Source: an uncultured Planctomycetales bacterium (GTDB lineage: Bacteria; Planctomycetota; UBA1135). Taken from it: DNA of 33,134 nt. The notes beneath the pieces were generated by a model. The model was not told the DNA's origin and made no database searches. It saw only the letters and a program-made list of their open reading frames with translations. Below are positions 8,739 through 18,143 of this stretch, in pieces. A program made the position numbers and the translations under genes. Within the stretch, counting starts at the first letter, position 1. Each line of letters starts with the position of its first letter. The stretch is taken from the NCBI GenBank assembly GCA_964643675.1, contig CAZXTO010000003.1, forward strand, positions 1 through 33,134. The letters run 5' to 3'.

Positions 8739-11663
8739 CTAGCGGTACTTGCGGCCGGGCTCCTGCGTGGGTTCGGCCTGCGGGCGCATCGGCCGGTGCT
8801 GGGCCTCCATCAGCGCCTCGAACTCCGCCACCCGTTCGGGATGGCTCGCGGCCAGGTCGTGGGCCTCGCCGAGGTCCGTCCTCAGGTCGTAGAGCTGGAT
8901 CGGAGCGCTCGGGCGCGGCCGTAGGGCCTTCCAGGGGCCGATCCGGGCGGCCTGCATCAGGCCGTCCGGCGCCAGGCGGCGCTTGCCCCAGTCGTAGCGC
9001 TCCCACTCCCAGTAGAGGAAGGGCGGTTCGGGCTGGGATTCACCGCGCAGGGTCGGGGCGAAGGAGCGGCCGTCCAGGTCCTCGGGCGCCGCAGTCGCCG
9101 CCAGCTCGGCCAGGGTCGGCAGGAAGTCGGCGAAGTGGACCGGTCGGTCGCTCACCGCGCCGGCCGGCACCACCCCGGGCCAGCGCGCGATCAAGGGCAC
9201 CCGCAGGCCGCCTTCGGTCATCGAGCGCTTCTTGCCGCGGAAGGGGCCGCAGGAATCGAGCACCCCCTCGTAGCGGCCGTCGGCGCCGTGATCGGAGCAG
9301 AACAGCACCAGGGTGCGGTCGGCGATGCCCAGGCGCTCGAGCTCGTCGAGCAGCTCGCCGACCTGGCGGTCGATCATGCTCACCATGGCGGCGGTGAGCT
9401 TGGCGCGGATCGGCCAGTCCTGGTCGGCGTAGCGCAGCCAGGCCGGGTCCTCCTCCGGGATCTCGAGGCGACCGTGCGGCGGGGTCCAGGGCGCGTAGAG
9501 GAAGAAGGGCTCGTCGGCGTGCTCGCGCAGGAAGGCCCGCGTGCGGTCGAAGATCAGGTCCTGGGCGTACTGCCGCTCCAGGCTCCCGTCGGGGCTGCGG
9601 GCGGGGAAGGCGCCGGCGAAGGGCGGATCGGCCTGGTAGAAGCCGGCGTTGCCGGGCAGCGGGAACCTGGCCCCGCTGTCGATCAGGTAGTCGGGGTAGA
9701 AGGAGTGGGCGTGGATCTGGTGGTAGTAGCCGAAGAACTCGTCGAAGCCTTGGCGCTCGGCCGCGCCGCTGGTGCCGAGGTCGCCGAGTCCCCACTTGCC
9801 GAAGCCGCCGGTGGCGTAGCCGGCCTCGCGCAGCACCTCGGCCAGGGTGAGGTCCTCGTCCCGCAGCGGCGTGCCGCCGGTGTTGAGCCGCACCGAGGTG
9901 CGGCCGGCGTGGTGGCCGGTCATCAGCACCGAGCGCGCCGGCGCGCACACCGCGCTGCCGGAGTAGGCGTCGGTGAAGCGCAGCCCTTCCGCGGCCAGCC
10001 GGTCCAGGTTGGGGGTGTCGATCGCCTCGCTGCCGTAGCAGCCGAGGTCGGCCCAGCCCATGTCGTCGACCATGATGAGGAGGAGGTTCGGCGGCGCCGG
10101 TGGAGCGGGCGGCGGAGCCACGGTGACGGCGCGGGTCTCGGTCCAGGTCCGTCCCCAGCGGTCGGTGGCGCGGACCTCGAGTCGGCGTTCGCCGGGGGCG
10201 GGCGGCGACGCCAGCTCGCCCTGCCACAGGTGGGCGCTGCGCGAGGGCTTCGGCAGCTCGCGCCAGCGCTTGCCGCGTCGCGGAGCCTCCTCGCGGCGCA
10301 GGGCGACGTAGGCCGGGTCGGCCGCGTGTACGCGCTGGAGTCCTGTCCACTCGGCGTCCTCCGACCAGCGGGCCTCCACTCGGGTCCGCGGGCCGCCGCC
10401 CCACACGTTGGCGCTGACCTTCAGCGGCTCGCCGAGCGCCGCCTCGCCCAGGTGCAGGCTCATCTGCCGCTCGGGCTCCTCGCCGGCGGCGCGGAACACG
10501 AAGCTCCAGTCGTCGTCGGAGAAGGTCCACTCGGTCCAGCCGTTCGGACCGCCGTCGCTCATGGTCGCGTGCGGCACCCCGCGCTCGTCCGGTTCCCCGG
10601 CCCACCAGCTGCCGCAGGCGGTGACGTTCACCACGTGGGTGTGCGGCTCCGCGCCGCGCCAGCCGTGCTGCTCGCCGAGGTCGGTCACCAGCATCGTGTG
10701 CGAGTGCGCCGACACCGACACCGAGCGCGGGAAGGGCTCGAGCAGGCGGAACAGGGCCTCGCGGTTCGCCACCGCGGTCAGCGGGATGTGCATCAGCACC
10801 ACCACCATCCGGTCGCGCGGCACCCCGGCGAGGTCGTTGCGGGCGAAGTCGAGCACCTCGGGCGTCAGGCGGGCGCGGTACTTGCCGACCGAGCGCCCGC
10901 CTTCCTCGGCGCGGTAGAACTCCACGTCGTCGAGCACCAGGAAGTGCGCCGGTCCCCAGTCGAAGGCGTAGGTGGAGGGGCCGAAGTGGCGGGCGAAGGT
11001 CTCGTTGGCGGTGGCGTCGCCGGCGGCGTCGCGGTTCTGGTCGTGGTTGCCGAGCACCATCCACCAGGGCATGCCGATCCGGGACAGGCTGTCGGTGAGG
11101 GGGTCGAAGAGGCCGAGGCCGTCGAACACCAGGTCGCCCAGCACGACGCCGAATTCGCCGTCGAAGTCGAGGCACTCGTCCACCACGTCGTCGTCCATAT
11201 ATTCGATCTCGCGGCGGTTGCGCGGCTGGGTGTCGCCGAAGAACAGGGCCTTGAACTCGTCGGGCTCCTCCTGCGGCACCAGCGGGAAGTCGATCGAGGC
11301 CGGCAGCGGGCCGGTCGGGGCGACCCCGGCGTGGCGCGAGGGCGGCGAGCCCTCGGGGCGGTGCAGGTAGTAGTGCAGCGGCGTGCTGTTCTCGGCCAGC
11401 GGCACCATCCAGCCGCGCGGCTTGATCACGAACAGCTCGGCGGGGCCATCGACCGGCAGCTGCCAGCGGCCCTCGGCGTCGGTGCTCGTCACCTGGCGAC
11501 CGTTCGAGACCCGGACGCCCTCGAGCCCCGGCTCGCCGGAGTCGAGGCGGCCGTCGCCGTCCTGGTCGTGGAACACCTGGCCGCGGGCGGTGTCGGCCGA
11601 GGACGCGGCTTCGGAGCTGAACCAGCCGAGCAGGGCGGCGAACAGGAAGGGCAGCAGGCGCAT
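8739..11663 (-). CDS. Secreted fusion: calcineurin-like metallophosphoesterase + formylglycine-dependent (S1) sulfatase
   Basis: GDTQ, LGDLVFD, VLGNHD, MHIP, SAHSH, CGSWWAG; Pro linker; NLLLIMVDDMG, SAVCAPARSVLMTG (CxPxR), GKWGLG, PPH, SDHG, RGKKRSMTEGGLRVP, QLYDLRTDLGE. Confidence 0.9.
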   Translation of the reverse strand: MRLLPFLFAALLGWFSSEAASSADTARGQVFHDQDGDGRLDSGEPGLEGVRVSNGRQVTSTDAEGRWQLPVDGPAELFVIKPRGWMVPLAENSTPLHYYLHRPEGSPPSRHAGVAPTGPLPASIDFPLVPQEEPDEFKALFFGDTQPRNRREIEYMDDDVVDECLDFDGEFGVVLGDLVFDGLGLFDPLTDSLSRIGMPWWMVLGNHDQNRDAAGDATANETFARHFGPSTYAFDWGPAHFLVLDDVEFYRAEEGGRSVGKYRARLTPEVLDFARNDLAGVPRDRMVVVLMHIPLTAVANREALFRLLEPFPRSVSVSAHSHTMLVTDLGEQHGWRGAEPHTHVVNVTACGSWWAGEPDERGVPHATMSDGGPNGWTEWTFSDDDWSFVFRAAGEEPERQMSLHLGEAALGEPLKVSANVWGGGPRTRVEARWSEDAEWTGLQRVHAADPAYVALRREEAPRRGKRWRELPKPSRSAHLWQGELASPPAPGERRLEVRATDRWGRTWTETRAVTVAPPPAPPAPPNLLLIMVDDMGWADLGCYGSEAIDTPNLDRLAAEGLRFTDAYSGSAVCAPARSVLMTGHHAGRTSVRLNTGGTPLRDEDLTLAEVLREAGYATGGFGKWGLGDLGTSGAAERQGFDEFFGYYHQIHAHSFYPDYLIDSGARFPLPGNAGFYQADPPFAGAFPARSPDGSLERQYAQDLIFDRTRAFLREHADEPFFLYAPWTPPHGRLEIPEEDPAWLRYADQDWPIRAKLTAAMVSMIDRQVGELLDELERLGIADRTLVLFCSDHGADGRYEGVLDSCGPFRGKKRSMTEGGLRVPLIARWPGVVPAGAVSDRPVHFADFLPTLAELAATAAPEDLDGRSFAPTLRGESQPEPPFLYWEWERYDWGKRRLAPDGLMQAARIGPWKALRPRPSAPIQLYDLRTDLGEAHDLAASHPERVAEFEALMEAQHRPMRPQAEPTQEPGRKYR

Positions 11664-11723
11664 GGAGGACGGTCGGGGAGGTCGGGGATCGAAGTCGGGG
11701 AGGAGAGGCCCGCTGCTTCCAGG

Positions 11724-12992
11724 CTAGGGGCGCACGGGAACCCGCGCCTCCATCAGCATGTCCTCGTCACCGTAGCCGGCGCTCAGGATCAGGGCGCCGA
11801 GCCGCGGGTGAGCCATGCCTCGCCAGCTCAGCTCCCCGTTCAGGTAGACCTGCACCTCCTCCTTCAGGTCCAGCATGCGGCCGTCGAGCAGCACCTCCAT
11901 GCCATCGAGGCGGGCCTCGGATTGGATCCGGACCGCGTTGGCCTCGCGGTCGAGCTCGGCGACCACGACGGCGCCGATCTCGGGTTGCGGCCAGGAGAGC
12001 CAGTACCAGCGGCGCTTCCAGGACAGGGCCGGCTGCCACACCAGCTTGTCCGGCGTCGCCACCCGGCGCTGGTCCTCCAGTTTGCGCAGGAGCTCGACGG
12101 CGCCGCCCGGCGGCCCGCCGTGGCCGCGATCGTCGACCTCCCAGTACTCGAAGTGCTCGTAGCCGCCCCACTTGGCCCGCGCCGCCTCGACCTGCTTCAC
12201 CGCGAACTGGTTGACGTCCGGCGGCACGCGCGGGTCGTCAGTGGACTGGAACACCGCCATGGGCAGGTTGCGCAGGTTCGGGATCACCCCTTCCTGGATG
12301 TCGATGATCTGGTGGTCGAAGTTGTAGACCGGGGAGGGGGCGCCGGCCGAGGGGGCGGCGCCGGCCAGGCGGTCGGCGTGGTGCGCGCCCAGCACCCACG
12401 AGCCGTAGCCTCCCATCGAGTGGCCGGCGAGGAAGACCCGGTCGGGCGGGATGTCCCAGGTGCGGAGCGCGGATTCGATCAGGGAGATCACCCACTCCTC
12501 GGTGCCGGAGTCGGTCCAGCCGTGCTCGGTCGCCTCCAGCGCCTGCGGATAGATCGCGAGCCAGCCGAGCTCCTTGGCGGCGCGGTCGTGGAAGCCGAGC
12601 GCGCCGCGGGCGTCGGCGCTGCCCTGGCCGCCGCCGTGCATCGAGATCATCAGGGCCTTCGGCTTGCGGGTCTCGCCGCCGATGAAGTAGCGGCCGCGGC
12701 CCTCCTCCTCGAAAGCCCAGTACTCGCCGGCCTCGTCCGGGAGCTGCGGACGCTTGGCCGCCGCCTTGAGCAGCTCCTTGCGCCAGCGCTTGCGCTTCGA
12801 GCTGGAGTCGAGCGGCACCGCGTCGAGGCGGGCGGCGATCTCCAACCGCCGGGCGGCGCCCTCCTCGGTCAGCGGATCGAGGGCGAAGTTCTCCTCGATC
12901 AACTTGCGGATCTCACGCAGGTTGGGCGGCTTGGCCTGCGGCGGACACGCGGCGGGCGGGCAGGCCAGGAGGAGGGCGGCGGCGGCCAGCAT
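11724..12992 (-). CDS. Secreted alpha/beta hydrolase (esterase/peptidase-like)
   Basis: ISMHGGG, VFLAGHSMGGYG (nucleophile elbow), DDPRV, DRGHG; hydrophobic N-terminus. Confidence 0.8.
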   Translation of the reverse strand: MLAAAALLLACPPAACPPQAKPPNLREIRKLIEENFALDPLTEEGAARRLEIAARLDAVPLDSSSKRKRWRKELLKAAAKRPQLPDEAGEYWAFEEEGRGRYFIGGETRKPKALMISMHGGGQGSADARGALGFHDRAAKELGWLAIYPQALEATEHGWTDSGTEEWVISLIESALRTWDIPPDRVFLAGHSMGGYGSWVLGAHHADRLAGAAPSAGAPSPVYNFDHQIIDIQEGVIPNLRNLPMAVFQSTDDPRVPPDVNQFAVKQVEAARAKWGGYEHFEYWEVDDRGHGGPPGGAVELLRKLEDQRRVATPDKLVWQPALSWKRRWYWLSWPQPEIGAVVVAELDREANAVRIQSEARLDGMEVLLDGRMLDLKEEVQVYLNGELSWRGMAHPRLGALILSAGYGDEDMLMEARVPVRP

Positions 12993-13072
12993 GCCCCGAT
13001 TCTGCCGCCGTGGGGGGCATCGGTCCGCTTTTCCGCGCCGCCGTGAGGGAACCGCCGCCGTAGGCTGTGCCC

Positions 13073-14293
13073 GTGATCTGGCAACCCTTGATCGGGATTC
13101 CGGCGCTGGTCGGGCTGGCCTGGCTGCTCAGCACACACCGCCGCGAGGTGCGCTGGCGGCCGCTGCTGGGCGGCGTGGCGCTGCAATTCCTGCTCGCGCT
13201 GCTGGTCCTGAAGACCTGGGTCGGCCAGGCCTTCTTCGAGGGCGCGAAGGACTTCTTCCTGGCGCTGATCGACTACGCCGCGCAGGGCTCCAGCAGCATC
13301 TTCGGCGAGTCGGCCCTCGGCCTGGACGGCACCGCGCCGCTGCTGGCGGCGCTGGTGATCGTGACCGTGGTCTTCTTCAGCTCGGTCTTCGCGGTGCTGC
13401 ACCACCTCGGCGTGGTGCGCCGGATCGTCGGCCTGATGGCGCGGCTGATGGCCTGGGTGATGGGCACCTCGGGGGCCGAATCGACCAGCGCCGCGGCCAA
13501 CATCTTCGTCGGCCAGACCGAGGCGCCGCTGCTGATCCGGCCCTATCTGCCGCGCATGACCCGCAGCGAGATCGGCGCCGTGATGTCGGTCGGTTACGCC
13601 ACCGTCGCCGGCGGCGTGTTCGCGATCTACGTGATGATGCTGCGGGAGTCGGTGCCCGACATCGCCGGCCACCTGCTCGCCGCCACCGTGATGTCGGCGC
13701 CGATGGCGCTCGGCCTGGCCAAGATCGTCTTCCCCGAGACCGAGCAGCCCGAGACCCTCGGCGAGGACGTGGCGCAGCCCCGGTCGGGCTACGTCAACCT
13801 GGTCGACGCCGCCGCTTCGGGGGCCTCCGACGGCATGAAGCTGGCGATCAACATCCTCGGCATGCTGATCGCCTTCCTGGCCATCCTGCAGCTCGCCAAC
13901 GGCCTGCTCGGCCTCCTGAGCGAGGGCCTGACCCTGCAGGACCTGTTCGGCTGGCTGCTGGCCCCGGTGGCCTGGCTGCTCGGCGTGCCGGCGGAGGAGG
14001 CCCGGACCGTCGGCGGCCTGCTCGGCACCAAGATCGCGGTCAACGAGTACGTGGCCTACGACAGCCTGGCGACGATGTCGGGCGAGGGAGGCCTGAGTGA
14101 GCGCTCCGCGGTGATCACCAGCTACGCCCTGTGCGGCTTCGCCAACTTCTCGAGCATCGCGATCCAGATCGGCGGGCTGAGCGGCATCGCGCCCGAGCGG
14201 CGCGCCGACTTCGCGCGCATCGGCCTGCGGGCGATGGTCGTCGGCGCGCTGGCGAGCTTCACGACCGCGGCCACCGCCGCGATCCTGATCTGA
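13073..14293 (+). CDS. nupC: Concentrative nucleoside transporter (CNT/NupC family)
   Basis: GTSGAESTSAAANIFVGQTEAPLLIRPYL, TKIAVNEYVAY, SYALCGFANFSSIAIQIGG; GTG 13073 chosen from TAGGCT-N6 spacing. Confidence 0.93.
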   Translation: MIWQPLIGIPALVGLAWLLSTHRREVRWRPLLGGVALQFLLALLVLKTWVGQAFFEGAKDFFLALIDYAAQGSSSIFGESALGLDGTAPLLAALVIVTVVFFSSVFAVLHHLGVVRRIVGLMARLMAWVMGTSGAESTSAAANIFVGQTEAPLLIRPYLPRMTRSEIGAVMSVGYATVAGGVFAIYVMMLRESVPDIAGHLLAATVMSAPMALGLAKIVFPETEQPETLGEDVAQPRSGYVNLVDAAASGASDGMKLAINILGMLIAFLAILQLANGLLGLLSEGLTLQDLFGWLLAPVAWLLGVPAEEARTVGGLLGTKIAVNEYVAYDSLATMSGEGGLSERSAVITSYALCGFANFSSIAIQIGGLSGIAPERRADFARIGLRAMVVGALASFTTAATAAILI

Positions 14294-14311
14294 TCAGGGA
14301 GTGATCGCGAA

Positions 14312-14345
14312 GAGGCCGGAGCCTCCGTCGAGAGACTCCGGCCTC
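14312..14345. terminator. Stem-loop between convergent genes
   Basis: GAGGCCGGAG (14312-14321) / CTCCGGCCTC (14336-14345). Confidence 0.55.
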
Positions 14346-14383
14346 GGGATCGTCGTCGGGTGGCTCGAGAGCCGCTGGTATCC

Positions 14384-15163
14384 CTAGAGCTGCTCGTGCA
14401 CGCGGATGCTGGCGTTGCTGGTCCGCAGCACCAGCTCGCCGACGTCGGGCTCGCCGCGCAGGTCGCGCACCCCCTTGATGCTGCCGTTGCTGGTCGAGGA
14501 GGTGGTGGCGCAGCGCACCTGGCCGGCGCAGTTGACCGTGATCGAACCGTTCGAGGTCTTGATCTTGCCCTCGCCATTCCAGTCGCCGGCCAGGTTCACC
14601 GTGGCGGAGGCGTTCGAGGTGTGGATGTCGAAGCGCTCCGGCATGCCGGCCAGCTTCACCGAGCCGTTCGAGGTCTCGAGCTCGGCGACGCCGTCGCAGC
14701 GCACGTTGATCGAGCCGTTCGAGGTGTCGGCGCGCACGGAGGAGAAGCTGTCCTCGACCACGATGCGGCCGTTGCTGGTGTCGAGGTCGAGCGCCAGTCC
14801 GGCCGGGACCTGGAGCTGCATGGAGGCGCTCCAGCCGTCGGCGGCCGGCGGCACGTCGACGTAAATGCGCAGGAGCTCACCCTTGCGCTCGCTGGTCACG
14901 AACATCTCTTCGACCAGGTGGTTCGCTTCCTCGCGGCTGTCGGCGGAGGCGGTCAGGTCGGTCTGGCACTCGACCTGGCCGCCGCCTTGGGCGACCCGGA
15001 TCGAGCCGTTGCGGCACTCGACCCGCAGCTTGCTGGCGCCGTCGACCTCGAATTGGTCGACGCGGGTGATCTTGGCGCTCTCGCGGTCCCAGTCACCGAT
15101 GACGATGACGCAGGAGGGGGTGAAGAGCAGGGCGAGGAGTGCGAGGAGGGAGGGGCGTTCCAT
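14384..15163 (-). CDS. DUF4097-like beta-strand-repeat lipoprotein
   Basis: MERPSLLALLALLFTPSC (lipobox-like Cys) and about eight (T/C)(S/R)N(G/A)(S/R)x repeats. Confidence 0.82.
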   Translation of the reverse strand: MERPSLLALLALLFTPSCVIVIGDWDRESAKITRVDQFEVDGASKLRVECRNGSIRVAQGGGQVECQTDLTASADSREEANHLVEEMFVTSERKGELLRIYVDVPPAADGWSASMQLQVPAGLALDLDTSNGRIVVEDSFSSVRADTSNGSINVRCDGVAELETSNGSVKLAGMPERFDIHTSNASATVNLAGDWNGEGKIKTSNGSITVNCAGQVRCATTSSTSNGSIKGVRDLRGEPDVGELVLRTSNASIRVHEQL

Positions 15164-15180
15164 GGGGTGGGAGGTGGAGA

Positions 15181-15306
15181 TCAGACGGCAGGCGCGGCCA
15201 TCTCGGCCAGGCCCTGGAGATAGCCGAACCAGCCCGCGCTGAGCGTGAGGCCGATGACGGCCAGCATGGCGGCGGGGGCGAAGCGGTTGACGGTGGTCGT
15301 TTTCAT
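15181..15306 (-). CDS. Small 41-aa single-pass membrane protein
   Basis: MKTTTVNRFAPAAMLAVIGLTLSAGWFGYLQGLAEMAAPAV fills the gap between two co-directional genes; G/C-ending codons; one hydrophobic helix. Confidence 0.6.
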   Translation of the reverse strand: MKTTTVNRFAPAAMLAVIGLTLSAGWFGYLQGLAEMAAPAV

Positions 15307-15314
15307 GGCGGCAC

Positions 15315-16442
15315 TTATTCGGAAGGGCCGCTCGGAGGTTTCCGGCTTCCTCGAGACGGAGGGGGGCTGGCCGGGGTGGAGTCGGATGCGGCGCCCGCGG
15401 CGGAGTCCCCGGCGGCAGCCACTGCGGGGTGCCCCCAGACCGGCTTCTCGCCGCGCCCGAGCGAGCGCCGCTGGCCGGATTCGAGCTCCAGCAGCCACAG
15501 CTCGGGCATCCCCTCCTGCCACTGGTGGTAGGCCAGCCAGCGGCCGTCCGGGGAGAAGCGTGGGTGGCGGCCGGGGCCGAGCAGCTGGCTGCTCCCATCG
15601 GCCTCGCGCAGCACCAGCTGGCGGTCGCGGCGCCCGTACACCATGCGGTCGCCGCCGGGCGCGAGGTCGAAGGCGAGCTGGCGCGAGGCGGCGTCATCGA
15701 CCAGGAGGGTGGTCTCGCCGCCCTCGAGGTCGATCCGCTCGATCCAGCCCTCGGCGCGGGGATCACGGCCGACCTTGGCGTGGGCCAGGATGCCGCGGCC
15801 GCTCGGCTCGACCGCCAGCAGGCGGGCGCCGCCCAGGTCCGCCACCTTCCGGGGCGCTCCACCGCCGGCCGGGAAGCGCCACAGGCCGGGCTGTTGCGGC
15901 AGGTGCTCCGCCGCGCGGCTGCGGTAGGCCCGCGCCGATACGTACAGCCAGGCGCTGTCCGGTGACCACAGCGGCGCGCCGAAGTGAGGGGAAGGGGAGG
16001 ACTCTTCCGGTTCGGCCAGGGGGAGCCATGAGGGCTCCTCGTCCTGGAGGTCCATCAGCCGCAGCCGGAAGCTGCCGGCGTCGGCGAGCCAGCGGCCATC
16101 GGCGGAGAGTGCGTAATGGAGGGAGGTCTCGCTGAGGAAGTCGGGGGTGCGGCGGCCGGCTCCGAGCACCCACAGGGGCATCGACACGTTCGGACTGGGG
16201 CGGTGGGCGGAGACCGGCCCTGCCGCCACCAGGCCGCCTCCGGGCTGCGGCCACAGCTCCTGCAGATCGGCGGCGTCGAAGCAATAGAGCAGGTCTTCGA
16301 GCAGGACCTCGCGCGTGCCGCTGGTCGGGTCGATGCGGACCACCCGGCGGAAGTGGCGGGATTCGTCCTGGGGCACCAAGGCGTAGAGCGGCGGCGCGGG
16401 GTCCTGGACCAGCGCGGCGGCGATCAGGAAGGGGAGCAGCAC
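15315..16442 (-). CDS. Secreted TolB-like (PD40) beta-propeller protein
   Basis: LSADGRWLA, WSPDSAWLY, APGGDRMVY, PRFSPDGRWLAY repeats; hydrophobic N-terminus. Confidence 0.8.
   Translation of the reverse strand: MLLPFLIAAALVQDPAPPLYALVPQDESRHFRRVVRIDPTSGTREVLLEDLLYCFDAADLQELWPQPGGGLVAAGPVSAHRPSPNVSMPLWVLGAGRRTPDFLSETSLHYALSADGRWLADAGSFRLRLMDLQDEEPSWLPLAEPEESSPSPHFGAPLWSPDSAWLYVSARAYRSRAAEHLPQQPGLWRFPAGGGAPRKVADLGGARLLAVEPSGRGILAHAKVGRDPRAEGWIERIDLEGGETTLLVDDAASRQLAFDLAPGGDRMVYGRRDRQLVLREADGSSQLLGPGRHPRFSPDGRWLAYHQWQEGMPELWLLELESGQRRSLGRGEKPVWGHPAVAAAGDSAAGAASDSTPASPPPSRGSRKPPSGPSE
15318..15343 (-). promoter_or_regulatory. Putative ECF-sigma promoter for small protein-DUF4097 pair
   Basis: Minus strand GGAAAC-N16-CGAA, 11 nt before ATG 15306. 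Confidence 0.4.
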
Positions 16443-16551
16443 GGACAGGCGAGCGGAACCGGGGCGGAAGGGCGGACCGCGGTGCCTCTTGCCTACGCAG
16501 CGGCTCGGGAGCGGACACCGGATCTTCCGGCCGCGATCCTAGGATGCGCGG

Positions 16552-17373
16552 GTGACGACTCCCGAGCGCAAGCTGGTCGATTCCCTCGCGCAGGCCCTCG
16601 CAGGAGCGCTGGGGCCGGCTCCCGAGGTCGCCGTCGTGCTGGGCAGCGGCTGGAAGGAGCGCGCCGCCGGGCTCCTGACCGGGACCTCCACCTTGGAGCT
16701 GGCCGAGCTGCCGGCCTGGCCGCAGCCGCGGGTCGCCGGCCACGGCGGCGAGCTCGTCGTGGGCGACCTGGACGGCGTCCGGGTGGCCTTGTGCGGTGGC
16801 CGGGTGCACGCCTATGAGGGGTATCCGGCGCGGGAGCTGGTGCGCGGCGTGCGCGCCCTGGTTCGCTGGGGGGCGCCGGCGGTGCTGCTGTTGAACGCCG
16901 CCGGTTCGACGCGTGAGGAGCGGCCGCCGGGCGAGCTGATGCCGCTGGCCGACCACCTCAACCACGGCCTGCCCAATCCGCTGGACGCCGACCAGTCGGA
17001 AGACGGCGAGGCGATGTTCCTCGACCTGGTGGACCTCTACGACCCGGAGTGGCGCGGGCGCTTGCTCGAGGCCGAGCCGGAGCTGCGGCCGGGGGTCTAC
17101 GCGGGCATGCCCGGACCGAGCTACGAGACGCCGGCGGAGGTGCGAGCGATGGCCGCGCTCGGCGCCGACGCGGTGGGAATGAGCACGATTCCGGAAGCTA
17201 TTGCCGCGCGCGCCGCCGGCGCCCGGGTGTTGGCAGTTTCGCTGCTCAGCAACTACGCGGCCGGCGTGGGCGGGAGCCGACCCAGCCACGAGGAAGTGTT
17301 GGAGACCGCCACCGCTCACGGGGAGGCCGCCGCGCGCGTTTTGGCCGCCGCGGTGCGCGCCGCGCGCCGTTAG
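16552..17373 (+). CDS. punA: Purine nucleoside phosphorylase (trimeric PNP I type)
   Basis: VVLGSG, GRVHAYEG, NAAG, DHLN, GPSYETPAE, GADAVGMSTIPE, SHEEV. Confidence 0.92.
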   Translation: MTTPERKLVDSLAQALAGALGPAPEVAVVLGSGWKERAAGLLTGTSTLELAELPAWPQPRVAGHGGELVVGDLDGVRVALCGGRVHAYEGYPARELVRGVRALVRWGAPAVLLLNAAGSTREERPPGELMPLADHLNHGLPNPLDADQSEDGEAMFLDLVDLYDPEWRGRLLEAEPELRPGVYAGMPGPSYETPAEVRAMAALGADAVGMSTIPEAIAARAAGARVLAVSLLSNYAAGVGGSRPSHEEVLETATAHGEAAARVLAAAVRAARR

Positions 17374-17463
17374 AATGCCGGGCTGAGCCGGCTGGAACGG
17401 GGCCGAATTCGGTCCTAGGAAGCCCCTCCCACGATTTCCCCGCAAGCAAAGCAGAGACAAGAA

Positions 17464-18063
17464 ATGAGCGTCCTCGTCGGTAAGGAAGCCCCTGACTTCA
17501 CCGCCACCGCCGTCATGGCCGACGGCTCCTTCAAGGAAGACTTCAAGCTGTCGGACCACCGCGGCAAGTACGTCGTCCTGTTCTTCTACCCGCTCGACTT
17601 CACCTTCGTGTGCCCGAGCGAGCTGATCGCCTTCGATCACCGCATGGCCGAGTTCGAGAAGCGCGGCGTGGAAGTGATCGGCTGCTCGATCGACAGCCAC
17701 TTCACCCACCTCGCCTGGCGCAACACCGAGATCAACAACGGTGGCATCGGCCCGGTGAAGTACCCGCTGGTCGCCGACCTGACCAAGAACATCGCCCGCG
17801 ACTACGACGTCCTGCTCGGCGAGGCCGTCTCCCTGCGCGGCAGCTTCCTGATCGACAAGGACGGCGTCGTCCAGCACCAGGTCGTGAACAACCTGCCGCT
17901 CGGCCGCAACATCGACGAGATGCTGCGCATGATCGACGCGCTGCAGTTCACCGAGCAGCACGGCGAGGTCTGCCCCGCCGGCTGGAAGGACGGCGACGCC
18001 GGCATGAAGGCCAGCACCGAGGGCGTGGCCGAGTACCTGGCCGGCAACGCCGACTCCCTGTAA
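17464..18063 (+). CDS. ahpC: 2-Cys peroxiredoxin (AhpC/Prx1)
   Basis: FYPLDFTFVCPSE, GRNIDE, GEVCPAGW. Confidence 0.96.
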   Translation: MSVLVGKEAPDFTATAVMADGSFKEDFKLSDHRGKYVVLFFYPLDFTFVCPSELIAFDHRMAEFEKRGVEVIGCSIDSHFTHLAWRNTEINNGGIGPVKYPLVADLTKNIARDYDVLLGEAVSLRGSFLIDKDGVVQHQVVNNLPLGRNIDEMLRMIDALQFTEQHGEVCPAGWKDGDAGMKASTEGVAEYLAGNADSL

Positions 18064-18079
18064 TTCGGGGTCAGACGTC
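18062..18079. repeat. REP-like repeat copy (GGGGTCAGAC core) overlapping ahpC stop codon
   Basis: AATTCGGGGTCAGACGTC is the exact reverse complement of 18358-18375. Confidence 0.8.
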
Positions 18080-18108
18080 CCATTCTTTTCCGCCCGCGCG
18101 GCGGACCT

Positions 18109-18143
18109 GGCGCTCCGGTTCTGCCGGAGCGCCTTTCCTTTTT
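18109..18143 (+). terminator. Rho-independent terminator of ahpC
   Basis: GGCGCTCCGG-ttctg-CCGGAGCGCC followed by TTTCCTTTTT. Confidence 0.85.

Noticed and set aside
9135-13046. 1303-aa plus-strand ORF and other long shadow ORFs (e.g. 411-2921, 2894-4843, 15763-18330, 21039-23408, 28246-30354)
   Set aside because: Antisense or off-frame to well-supported genes; expected from stop-codon scarcity at high GC; no motifs
15164-15862. 492-aa version of the DUF4097 ORF; similar over-extensions at 19964, 23600 and 26514
   Set aside because: Extensions overlap other real genes; internal starts with leader peptides or SD motifs fit better
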